In this document: piece by piece, positions 50,087 through 58,796 of the stretch
Position numbering within the stretch: the first letter of the stretch is position 1
How the letters are laid out: every line of letters starts with the position of its first letter
Assembly: GCA_963712275.1 (NCBI GenBank)
Contig: CAVQHD010000001.1
Location: forward strand, 288,001 to 352,000
Reading direction: 5' to 3'
Length of the DNA: 64,000 nucleotides
Origin: an uncultured Rhabdochlamydiaceae bacterium
GTDB lineage: Bacteria; Chlamydiota; Chlamydiia; Chlamydiales; Rhabdochlamydiaceae
The notes under the pieces: generated by a model
The model's input: only the letters and a program-made list of their open reading frames with translations
Databases searched by the model: none
Told to the model about the DNA's origin: nothing
Position numbers and translations under genes: made by a program

Positions 50087-51756
50087 AACGGCTGCCCTGT
50101 TAACTTAATGTAAGTAAATGCGCTTCTTGTAAAATCTCTATGATTCAATGGGAACCCCACATCAATACTTAAAGTCAGCGTGTAGGGACCATTGATTCTC
50201 AATCCTAATCCGCTACCCCATAGAAATGTGTTTTCTTCCGACTTTAAAAATGCCCCGCCGTGATCGAGAAAAACATCAAACTGAAGAATATCCTTCCATT
50301 TTTTCTTTAGATTAAAAACATTTTTATCTGCAAGAAAAGGAGGAGGAAGACGAAATTCAAAATTCAAATAATAACCGCTATCACCCAAGGCAACAGCTAA
50401 AGGGAACCCGCGTACTGTGTCACTGCCTCCAATATAAAGCTGCTCGGGAAGGGTCAGCTTGCTTGGGCTGAGTTGTCCAGTGCCATGAAAATAGAAGAAA
50501 CAATCTTTGGGTAAATGTTGCAGCCTGTCGTAGTCGATGTTGAATTTAAAAAATCGGCCGCCGCCCCCTTTGCGAGAGCTTGAGCGATCCACTGCTTTCA
50601 ATCCGCCGAGGAAATTGGGAATCCCTCCTGCGACCCGAACGGTCAGATAATCTCTTCCTTTCGAAGGAATATAATGGTCGAGTAGAGAGCCAACTGTGAG
50701 AGTCCGAAGCTTATCAAAAGAGGTGCGATGATTGAGGACAAAGTTTTGAATCTGCTTATAATCAAAGTACGAAAAAAAATCGACACTGAAAAATCGGCCT
50801 CTAAGCCAAGCTTGATTAACTTTGAATGTCGCAATGTTGGAAATTCCCTTTAGATGAAGGCTTGTAAGCTCTTCGATCTTAAATTTTGAAAAAAGGTAGG
50901 CTCCTTCCAGCGACATCCCATTCCGATTGACGGGGATCGTATACACAACGTCGGTGAAATAAAGAGCATCGACAGGAAACCCTACCACTTCAGCAATGGA
51001 AAGCGTGTCTCCCTCAGCCATCAAGCTTCCCCAATCAAGCCTTCCCCCTGCTCGAACATTTGTCGTCAGATTCCTGCCATAGTTGTTTCCATTCAGATAG
51101 AGGTGAACAGGGCGTGCATCATTAACTCGTAAAATCACATCAGCGCAACCAAACTGCTTCCCTTTTTCAAACACAGCTCCCGCCATCAGATCACTATTTT
51201 CATTGAGAAGCATGAGAGAGCGTAAAAACTGACCGTACTGGAGCGGCTTATCTTGCAGAGAAGCAAAATAACTGCGGATAAACGATTCAGAGTAATGATG
51301 ATTGCCCACCACTTGAATATTTCCAAGCTTCCCTTCGATGACTTCGATGATGAGAGTCTCATTATCAATCGCTTGAGGAGGAGGGTAGGCACGGGCAAGA
51401 AAATACCCTTTTTTAGCGTAGTGCTGATCGATAATATGACATAGATCATAAATATCTTGAATCGTCAGCTCCTGATCCAAATACTCCTTGACCCACTGCA
51501 CAATTTCCTCTGTCGGGATTGATTCATTCCCCTGAACCTCAATTTGTCGAATGAAAACTGCCTTATTGGAACGCATTTTCAGATGTTTTTCTGGAATGTC
51601 GATTTGGATCGGAGGCATTTCTTTATCAGGCTCAAGAGGTTTAGCCTCATACTCTTTCTCAAGCTCCCGCTCCACAACCCCCGCAGAAGGGACAGGAGGC
51701 GGAAACGCAATTACCTGAGAAGTCAAAAATGTAAGAATAAAAAGGATGAAAATCAT
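50083..51756 (-). CDS. TpsB (ShlB/FhaC/HecB) two-partner secretion transporter
   Basis: POTRA motif Y...GYFLARAYPPPQ, IGGSDTVRGF loop-6 motif, C-terminal Phe; stop overlaps the TpsA start. Confidence 0.93.
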   Translation of the reverse strand: MIFILFILTFLTSQVIAFPPPVPSAGVVERELEKEYEAKPLEPDKEMPPIQIDIPEKHLKMRSNKAVFIRQIEVQGNESIPTEEIVQWVKEYLDQELTIQDIYDLCHIIDQHYAKKGYFLARAYPPPQAIDNETLIIEVIEGKLGNIQVVGNHHYSESFIRSYFASLQDKPLQYGQFLRSLMLLNENSDLMAGAVFEKGKQFGCADVILRVNDARPVHLYLNGNNYGRNLTTNVRAGGRLDWGSLMAEGDTLSIAEVVGFPVDALYFTDVVYTIPVNRNGMSLEGAYLFSKFKIEELTSLHLKGISNIATFKVNQAWLRGRFFSVDFFSYFDYKQIQNFVLNHRTSFDKLRTLTVGSLLDHYIPSKGRDYLTVRVAGGIPNFLGGLKAVDRSSSRKGGGGRFFKFNIDYDRLQHLPKDCFFYFHGTGQLSPSKLTLPEQLYIGGSDTVRGFPLAVALGDSGYYLNFEFRLPPPFLADKNVFNLKKKWKDILQFDVFLDHGGAFLKSEENTFLWGSGLGLRINGPYTLTLSIDVGFPLNHRDFTRSAFTYIKLTGQPF

Positions 51757-51803
51757 TTTTTAGCACGTTACCAAAAAATATCTTCAGAAGACAAGAAAAA
51801 AAT

Positions 51804-51865
51804 CTAGAGCCAGTTGCAAAACTCGCTTTGGAGGCCAAATTGGAGTTTTGCAACTGGCTCTCTAG
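51804..51865. repeat. Palindromic element, family C
   Basis: GAGCCAGTTGCAAAACTC...GAGTTTTGCAACTGGCTC, 18-bp arms, abutting the stop at 51862. Confidence 0.9.
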
Positions 51866-53079
51866 TATAATAAATAACGCTTTCGCTTTTCGCAAAACGC
51901 TTTTCTCTCATCCGAGTCTATGGAGGCCATTTTCCAACCTGGATATTGCTCACTTGAAAATAGGTCCCAAATACGCGTTGTTCCATTCACATGGCAAAAC
52001 ATCGCTTTCTTGTTGGCGGAGAGTTTTGTCAGCCTCATCAATACTTCGTGAGGATAGAGCGATTTGAGGATTCCCATGATTAAATAACCTGTCGTAACAG
52101 GACGAAATCTTCTTTTATCCGTCACAACCAGTCGAATGCCATGACACTCCTGTTGTTTGTAAGGTCCAAAAAACGGTTTAAAATGAAACGGCAAAAACTT
52201 AACGCCGGCAAGTTTTTGCCGATTTAAAGCAGCGGCAAGCTGATCGGCATCGATCCAGGGCGCCCCCACAATCTTAAAAGGCAGCGTATACCCCACCCCA
52301 ATGCTCACAAGTTCAAGCTCTCCTAGCAGCCCCGTTGCAGGATAATAAAAGGGGGTATCAATTTCAGGAATTTGCGGGCTGGTTGGAACCCATACCAGTC
52401 CTGTCTCTTCAAAGGACATCTCCCGTTTCCACCCTTTCATTGAGATGACCTTCAAGGAGCAGTGGGTTGCTGACTCGGCATTAAAAAACTGAGCAAGTTC
52501 GCCAATAGTCATCCCATGGCAATAAGGAACATTTAGGTAACTCACAAATGACTTTTGCCTTTCTTCAAGCAAAGGCCCATCTACAACGACTCCTCCCATA
52601 GGATTGGGTCGATCCAGCACAATCACTTGAATGCCCCGTTTTGCGGCCTCTTCCATCACATAATAGAGTGTCGTGGTATACGTATAGCTGCGAGCCCCAA
52701 CTTCCTGAATATCGTAGATAATTACATCGATTCCCTCGAGCATCTGATCTGTAGGTCTTCGATGATCCCCATGAAGACTGTAGCAAGGAATTTTTCCTTT
52801 TCCATCGACAACATGTTCACCCGCATAAGAAGAGCCTGCAAACCCGTGTTCCGGGGAGAACAAAGCGACAACTTGATAAGACCCCTCGTGCTCAATGAGT
52901 CGATCGACCGTTAACTTAAGCTCGCTATCAACCCCCGTGTGATTTGTCACAATCGCAACCCGCTTTCGATTTAGATCTGCAAGATACGATTCTTTTAAGA
53001 ACTGATCGACGCCCAGTTGTACTTTGGGCGCAGAGATAAGAGATGCACAAAACAGAAAGAATATAAGAATTATTTTCAT
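51862..53079 (-). CDS. DUF1343/NamZ-family exo-beta-N-acetylmuramidase
   Basis: TNHTG, FSPEHG, DIQEVGARSYTY, LDRPNPMGG, HGMTIGELA. Confidence 0.9.
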   Translation of the reverse strand: MKIILIFFLFCASLISAPKVQLGVDQFLKESYLADLNRKRVAIVTNHTGVDSELKLTVDRLIEHEGSYQVVALFSPEHGFAGSSYAGEHVVDGKGKIPCYSLHGDHRRPTDQMLEGIDVIIYDIQEVGARSYTYTTTLYYVMEEAAKRGIQVIVLDRPNPMGGVVVDGPLLEERQKSFVSYLNVPYCHGMTIGELAQFFNAESATHCSLKVISMKGWKREMSFEETGLVWVPTSPQIPEIDTPFYYPATGLLGELELVSIGVGYTLPFKIVGAPWIDADQLAAALNRQKLAGVKFLPFHFKPFFGPYKQQECHGIRLVVTDKRRFRPVTTGYLIMGILKSLYPHEVLMRLTKLSANKKAMFCHVNGTTRIWDLFSSEQYPGWKMASIDSDERKAFCEKRKRYLLY

Positions 53080-53984
53080 CGTGATTCCAGAAACCGTTTT
53101 AATCGCCGAAACATCAGACTTTCAATAAACTCCTCCGAAAAAGCAGCGCGCAGGATCTGATAGAGCTTAGGGTAGCATGCCGGTGTTGAAAACCCCTCAT
53201 AGAAAAAAGGTTTTAGGGAAGCTCTCTCAGGGGCGACGTCGATCTCTGAAAAAAAATCTGCCCCCAGACATAGTTGATCGGCGATCCCTAATTTTTGAGC
53301 GTGCCGAATATGCTTCAGCAAATCCTCAGGGCCGTCTGATCCTAAAAAATACCGAACTAAATTCAGTCCTATGATTCCCCCTCGCCCAGCAATTGCTTCT
53401 GCTAAATGATCTGGCACATTTCGTAAATGAGAACAAACTGCTCTAAAGTTGCTGTGGCTTGCAATTGGGGTCACATGAAGCGTTTCTATCTCTTTTAAAA
53501 TCTCCTCTGCCAAGCTGTCGGAAGCATGACTTAAATCGACCGCGATCTTTTTTCCACTCATCCATTGAAGAAGGACTCTCCCATCTTCTTTCAGCCCTAC
53601 TTTTGTATTTGTTCCACCTCCAAATCGATTCTCCTCATTCCATGTTAAACTGAGATAAACAATCGGATGCCTTTTCCACCACGATTCTAGTCTAAGCAGC
53701 CCCTGCTCAAGAGGTTCTTTCTCTAAGCAAAAACTTGAGCTATTTTCAATTGCCAGGTAAGCAGTCAGTGCCATTTTTGGAAGATGCGTAAAAATTTCAA
53801 ACTGCTTTGTCCCAAGTAATACCGAGTCGGAACTTGTCTCTGTAAAAATCGGAAACGTCTGTTCAACAACTCCTCCCTTTTCTAAAAGAAGAAGAGACAC
53901 CTGTGATTCAGGGTCAAAGGGTGTCCGTCCTTCTTTTTCAACAAGGTAGGAAAGAAGATCGCAATGGAAGTCAGCAACGCGCAT
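53076..53984 (-). CDS. Membrane dipeptidase (M19 family)
   Basis: DFHCD, LTWN, VDLSH, ASHSN, LGADF. Confidence 0.88.
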   Translation of the reverse strand: MRVADFHCDLLSYLVEKEGRTPFDPESQVSLLLLEKGGVVEQTFPIFTETSSDSVLLGTKQFEIFTHLPKMALTAYLAIENSSSFCLEKEPLEQGLLRLESWWKRHPIVYLSLTWNEENRFGGGTNTKVGLKEDGRVLLQWMSGKKIAVDLSHASDSLAEEILKEIETLHVTPIASHSNFRAVCSHLRNVPDHLAEAIAGRGGIIGLNLVRYFLGSDGPEDLLKHIRHAQKLGIADQLCLGADFFSEIDVAPERASLKPFFYEGFSTPACYPKLYQILRAAFSEEFIESLMFRRLKRFLESR

Positions 53985-54038
53985 ATCACAATCATGATCT
54001 CTTTAAGAATAAATTCAAAGGTGCTATGAGGTAAAAAG

Positions 54039-55175
54039 ATGCTTAAATTGATTCTCCTTTTAGGCCTTGTCAGTTTTTTCGCGGATATCACTTACGAAGG
54101 CGCTCGCAGCATTGTCGGCCCCTTCTTTGCGCTTCTTGGCGCATCGGGCGCTGTCGTCGGCACCTTTGCAGGGCTTGCTGCATTTGCAGGATATGGCATT
54201 CGAATTATCTCCGGATGGGTTGCAGATCGAACTCAAAACTACTGGCTTTTAACTGCGATCGGTTATCTCTGCAATCTCGTCGTCGTTCCTCTCTTTGCCC
54301 TCGCAGGTAGCTGGCAGACCGCTGCTATCCTCCTCGTCTTAGAACGCGCGGGCAAGGCACTACGCACCCCTTCTCGAGATGCAATGCTCTCCTATGCTTG
54401 CAAGAGCGTCGGACGGGGGTGGGGCTTTGGACTGCATGAAGCCTTCGACCGGTGCGGCGGACTTCTCGGCCCTCTGATCATGTTTGGAATTTTATCTTCA
54501 GGTCCCCATTTTAAAATGGCCTTTGCAATCCTGGCGATTCCAGCTGCTTTTGCTCTTCTAACCCTCTATGCAACGTACCGGCAATTTCCCCACCCTGAAG
54601 TTGCTGAACCCTCTCAAACTCCCTTCTCACTTCGCAATTTCTCACGCCTCTTTTGGATTTTTCTTGGAGCCTCTGCCTTATTTGGGGCCGGCACTTTAGA
54701 TTTTGCATTGATTTCGTACCACCTTCAAAAACAGGCTATTGCCTCCACTTCTCATATCCCTCTTTTTTACGTTGGATCGATCGCCATCTCCGCTCTTTTC
54801 GCCCTTGTCGGCGGAAAGTGGTTTGATAAAACACCAAAATTCTCTCTTTATTTCGGTGTTATTCTAGGCAGTATTAGCCCTTTATTTCTCTTCCTTGGGA
54901 ACACGACTGAACTGTGGATCGGCATTGCCTGCTGGGGGATTGCCCTCGGAACCCAAAATGCCCTTTTCCGAAGCGTCATTGCCCATTTAGTCCCGCCGCA
55001 AGAGCGCAGTACTGGCTACGGCTTGTTCGGCGTCGTTTTTGGACTTGCTTGGTTCCTCGGCAGCACTCTCATCGGCGTGCTTTACGATGCAGCCATTGCT
55101 CTTAGCGCTTGCACAAGCTTGGCGCTGCAACTCCTCGCCCTCCCTCTGATTAGAAAACTCCGTTTTGAGTTATAG
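54039..55175 (+). CDS. MFS transporter
   Basis: Many TM segments; GWVADR and ERAGKALRTPSRDA motifs. Confidence 0.9.
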   Translation: MLKLILLLGLVSFFADITYEGARSIVGPFFALLGASGAVVGTFAGLAAFAGYGIRIISGWVADRTQNYWLLTAIGYLCNLVVVPLFALAGSWQTAAILLVLERAGKALRTPSRDAMLSYACKSVGRGWGFGLHEAFDRCGGLLGPLIMFGILSSGPHFKMAFAILAIPAAFALLTLYATYRQFPHPEVAEPSQTPFSLRNFSRLFWIFLGASALFGAGTLDFALISYHLQKQAIASTSHIPLFYVGSIAISALFALVGGKWFDKTPKFSLYFGVILGSISPLFLFLGNTTELWIGIACWGIALGTQNALFRSVIAHLVPPQERSTGYGLFGVVFGLAWFLGSTLIGVLYDAAIALSACTSLALQLLALPLIRKLRFEL

Positions 55176-55222
55176 AATCTTGCTCTATAACTCATTTTTA
55201 CGTATAAACATGAGTTATAGAG
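55166..55222 (+). promoter_or_regulatory. Promoter-like motif overlapped by an inverted repeat
   Basis: TTGCTC-N17-TATAAA; CTCTATAACTCAT/ATGAGTTATAGAG arms plus a third half-site at the MFS stop. Confidence 0.4.
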
Positions 55223-55266
55223 AGGATGTTTATCCGTTGACGGAAGAAAACCAAATGCTTTAGCGC

Positions 55267-55295
55267 TTGAATGAATTCCGCTACTTTGTTAAACT
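55267..55295 (+). promoter_or_regulatory. Sigma70/66-type promoter upstream of the omegaRNA-like scaffold
   Basis: TTGAAT-N17-TAAACT with a TG extended -10. Confidence 0.5.
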
Positions 55296-55313
55296 ATTTT
55301 TGTCTTAACAGAC

Positions 55314-55410
55314 TAGCCGCTGGAATGGCGGGTAAAAGCCTGTTGGAGCTGCCCTTAAGTTGGGAGCTATGAATCAGGAATCTCGTGCCCTTTAGGGCCG
55401 AGAGGTTCAA
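55314..55410 (+). ncRNA. IS200/IS605 right end / TnpB omegaRNA-like scaffold without tnpB
   Basis: TAGCCGC...AGCCTGTTGGAG...GAATCAGGAATC...GCCCTTTAGGGC..GAGG.TCAA, the usual layout of IS605/IS1341 3' ends. Confidence 0.75.
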
Positions 55411-55537
55411 CACTCATGTCATGGAACTGGAAACTGCCTGATTGGCCAAAATTTAATTATAATCCCGACGCCCTCTCCCAAAAAGCGCCTTAGTTAAAAC
55501 GGGAGAGTTGCGCCATACCCGTTATCGACTAAATCTT

Positions 55538-55689
55538 AGAAGCTGTCTTAAAACTCAGGTTTCGTCGCTTTTTGAGCCAATTTTCGCTTTATTTGGTGGG
55601 GGTAATATACGAAAGTTGATATTACCCCCACCAAATAAAGCGAAAATTGGCTCAAAAAGCGACGAAACCTGAGTTTTAAGACAGCTTCT
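55538..55689. repeat. 152-bp palindromic element, family A copy 3
   Basis: AGAAGCTGTC...GACAGCTTCT; same loop as copies 1 and 2; fully symmetric arms. Confidence 0.95.
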
Positions 55690-55694
55690 AAGAA

Positions 55695-56738
55695 CTAAAA
55701 ATCAAGGTTCCAGCGGACTGTCAGCCCCTGGATCCCCACCACAGAGTTATTAATGAATGTTTGCTTGGCCGCGGCGGGAGTTCCCTGAGATGTCCGGAAT
55801 ACCTCGTGAAGGTTCGACCAAAAGTTAAGTTCGTAGCCTATGAATAATTCTGTACGATAGTTCTCAAAGGCCATCTGCCATGAAGGGCCTGCTAAAGCCT
55901 GGAAATGAGGAACGAGGCGAGTATCATGATAATGGACATTGCGCAAAGGAAGAGCTGTATTGAATGTGCCTCCTCCATTTGCTGAAGACCTCTGTTTGTT
56001 TACGTTATGGTATCCTCCCGCATAGCAAGCTCCTGAAACCTGTCCCGTGAAGTAGATCCCCCCTTTTCCCAAAAACCAATCCAGAATAAGCCCAGCTCGA
56101 ATGCCAGCGCCCGTAAATCTCCAATGGCTGTGCAAATGGCTGGTCTGTCCCTGCGTGTCCTTGTAATCAATTTCCCAGTTCTGACGAAGCCAAGAGACAG
56201 TCGCCCCTCCATAGATCCCCATCCGAAGATGAGGATTTGGATAGAAACGACGCGTGCAAAGCCATTCCACTAAATTGAGTTTCAGCTCAATTGAACTGCG
56301 CGCTTTTGCAAGAGGGACCCCTTCCGCTGCATCAAAATTTGGCTGAGGCCATGTCCCATTGAGAAAACGAGTAGAAGAGTCGGGCGCATGGGTTTCATCC
56401 TGCCCCGTTCCCTTAAAATAGGTCCATGTAATAAATGCATCCCAGTAATGAGGCGCATTAAAATACCCGAAATTCAGCCGAACCCCAGGGTCCCATCCAA
56501 AATCGATATTTTTATAATGCCCTGTTCCTTCAGTTGGATTTCCCCAGGCTGCATTTTTCATGCGAAGAGCATAATCCAAAGCCCCTTCACTCACCGTCCA
56601 ATATAGAAACTCGACATTGGTGAAGAGAACCTTCTTATCTTTGCTGAAAAGATCTGTGTCATAACTTTTTTTAACAGGCGGCGCATCAGCATAAACAACC
56701 GCTGTCAAAACTAATAACCCAAGTCCTATCTTTCGCAT
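55695..56738 (-). CDS. MOMP-like (Lpg1974-family) outer-membrane porin
   Basis: EFLYW, WDPGVRL, FTGAG, GYELNFW; C-terminal LDF. Confidence 0.85.
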   Translation of the reverse strand: MRKIGLGLLVLTAVVYADAPPVKKSYDTDLFSKDKKVLFTNVEFLYWTVSEGALDYALRMKNAAWGNPTEGTGHYKNIDFGWDPGVRLNFGYFNAPHYWDAFITWTYFKGTGQDETHAPDSSTRFLNGTWPQPNFDAAEGVPLAKARSSIELKLNLVEWLCTRRFYPNPHLRMGIYGGATVSWLRQNWEIDYKDTQGQTSHLHSHWRFTGAGIRAGLILDWFLGKGGIYFTGQVSGACYAGGYHNVNKQRSSANGGGTFNTALPLRNVHYHDTRLVPHFQALAGPSWQMAFENYRTELFIGYELNFWSNLHEVFRTSQGTPAAAKQTFINNSVVGIQGLTVRWNLDF

Positions 56739-56767
56739 GCTTTTTCATATACGAGAGCGGGAATTTT

Positions 56768-57451
56768 CTAGCAAAGATCTTTTTCGTAGATGCTTCTCTT
56801 ACAACCCCATGCTTCTTTCTCACCTGTTTTTGTAAACCCATTTTTCACCAAAATTCGGATCGATGGTTCATTATCTTGACGTACTGTTGCAACCACATGT
56901 GAAATAACCTTGCTCACTGACTTACCATCGACCTCCTCGCTGATTTCATATTTTTGCGCCTGAAGGTAAGGAAGCCATTTTTGCATGACAGCTTCCACAG
57001 CTTGCGATCCATATCCTTTCTGCTGATAGTTCTTGTGAATAATGAAAGCAATTTCCGACTCTCCTGGATGATCACCGAACCCAGCAACGATATGTCCAAT
57101 AAACTGATGTGTCGGCTGATGGTAGATGGCAAAAGCACTAAATGGATTTCCCTCCTTCCACCGCTGGACCAACACTTGAATTCTCTTTGCAACAGCTGCC
57201 GTTTGTTCCTGCTTCCACTCTTCAAGTGTCTTTTTAGAAAGTCGTTCTTCATTGTCCGTAAACATCTTCATGGTCTCAGGATCTGTGTAGAGGCCAACAT
57301 AGTCTGCTCGATTATTTTCACTCACAGAGCAAAGCACTAAATCTTTTGTGTTCATTCGAACATCAATCCCTTGCCCTTCTTTTTTCAGCCATCCTCCTTC
57401 GAAAATAGGTGAATAACCATCCATGTCATTTGATGAAATTACTGCTGCCAT
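56768..57451 (-). CDS. GNAT (RimJ/RimL-like) acetyltransferase
   Basis: EIAFIIHKNYQQKGYGSQA, N.PSIRILVKNGF. Confidence 0.85.
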   Translation of the reverse strand: MAAVISSNDMDGYSPIFEGGWLKKEGQGIDVRMNTKDLVLCSVSENNRADYVGLYTDPETMKMFTDNEERLSKKTLEEWKQEQTAAVAKRIQVLVQRWKEGNPFSAFAIYHQPTHQFIGHIVAGFGDHPGESEIAFIIHKNYQQKGYGSQAVEAVMQKWLPYLQAQKYEISEEVDGKSVSKVISHVVATVRQDNEPSIRILVKNGFTKTGEKEAWGCKRSIYEKDLC

Positions 57452-57503
57452 AAAACGCTCCTGTTTTTTAAATGGAGAATTCTACAGTCAATTGTCTTAT
57501 TTT

Positions 57504-58694
57504 TCACATGAAATCAGTGATCGGGGTTTGGAGAAACTTTTCAAGAGGAATACCTCCTGCTCCAACAATTAAAACTCGCGACGGCTTAAATTGGTGAGAA
57601 AAAAGATCAATTCCGGAGCGATTCAAAGCGGTGTGTTGACTTTTGACTTCAATCACAGTGATCTTTTCACTATCTTGAAGCACAAAATCCACTTCTTTAT
57701 CTCCCTCGCGCCAATAGAACACTTCGATGGATGTTCCGCGAGCGCTATTTAAAAGGTACGCTCCGACGGCAGATTCAACAACCCTTCCCCAATAAGCATG
57801 ATCTTTTTTTGCGTCCTGAAATGTCTTCGAGTTTTGGGCGCTCATAAGCGCTGTATTGAATACACAAAATTTTGGACTTGATCCTTTTTGCCTCACTTTC
57901 TGCCCAGCAAATTTTTGCAGCCCCTTGAGTAAACCAGCACCTGCTAATAGCTCAAGATAATGGGCAAGAGTCGTTGTATTACCCGCATCTTGAAGCTCTC
58001 CTAAGATTTTAGAATAAGAGAGAAGCTGCCCAGAATAACTACAACCTAGTTGAAATAATCTTCTTAGCAAAACAGGCTTGTTCACCTGAGTCATTAATAG
58101 AATATCTCGTGAAATTGTCGTTTCAATAAGGGATTCATTGATATAGTTGGTCCACCTTGATGGATTACTTAAACTTGCAAGAGAAGCAGCGCCAGGATAC
58201 CCACCAAAATAAAGATATTTATCCAATGACCAGCCAAAATTTTTATGCATCTCTCCAAAGGACCAGTGAGTCATCGGAATGACTTCAAAACGGCCAGCCA
58301 AGCTCTCAGACAACCCTTTTTGAACTAACCAAGGAGAAGAGCCTAAAATGATTACAAATAGATTGATTCCATTTCGCGTATCTTCATCCCAAAGAAATTT
58401 AATCGTGTCTGACCAATGAGGAATTTTTTGTACTTCATCAATAATGAGAAGAGCCCCTTTAGGTGATTTAACTTTGCTTCTTGCAACTTCCCATTGCTGA
58501 CGTAGCCAGGCTAGATCTTGCAGCGTCGCCAAATCAGCAGAGATATAATGACATGGCTTACGAATTGCTTTTGCCGCCTGCAGGGCAACCGTTGTTTTCC
58601 CCACCTGCCGGGGACCTAGAAGGGTCTGTATGAATCGACGACGCTCTCTCAATCGATCCATCAATTGATGGAAAATAGGACGTTTTTTCATCAT
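57504..58694 (-). CDS. AAA+ ATPase with DUF4143-type C-terminal domain
   Basis: GPRQVGKTT, IIDEVQ, LGSS, SLAGR, GGYP, EVDFV...IEVK. Confidence 0.9.
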   Translation of the reverse strand: MMKKRPIFHQLMDRLRERRRFIQTLLGPRQVGKTTVALQAAKAIRKPCHYISADLATLQDLAWLRQQWEVARSKVKSPKGALLIIDEVQKIPHWSDTIKFLWDEDTRNGINLFVIILGSSPWLVQKGLSESLAGRFEVIPMTHWSFGEMHKNFGWSLDKYLYFGGYPGAASLASLSNPSRWTNYINESLIETTISRDILLMTQVNKPVLLRRLFQLGCSYSGQLLSYSKILGELQDAGNTTTLAHYLELLAGAGLLKGLQKFAGQKVRQKGSSPKFCVFNTALMSAQNSKTFQDAKKDHAYWGRVVESAVGAYLLNSARGTSIEVFYWREGDKEVDFVLQDSEKITVIEVKSQHTALNRSGIDLFSHQFKPSRVLIVGAGGIPLEKFLQTPITDFM

Positions 58695-58709
58695 AGGAGG
58701 TTCCTTTTT

Positions 58710-58751
58710 TTACTCACCCTATTGAGTAATTTTACTCAATGTATTGAGTAA
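58710..58751. promoter_or_regulatory. Tandem operator-like palindromes TTACTCA-N6-TGAGTAA (two copies)
   Basis: Copies at 58710-58729 and 58732-58751, 22-bp period, between divergent genes. Confidence 0.7.
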
Positions 58752-58796
58752 AATCAAGAGCTGAATTATTAGACTTCCTTTCTCTATAATGGGCTG

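Noticed and set aside
36021..50108. Many plus-strand ORFs rich in V/P/A/L
   Set aside because: Antisense shadows of the repetitive tpsA gene.
55411..55430. Putative guide shares TCATGGAACTG with the hairpin at 35102 and ACTCATGTC with tpsA near 38250
   Set aside because: Matches of 9-11 nt miss the first seed base(s), lack a convincing TAM, and can arise by chance in 64 kb.
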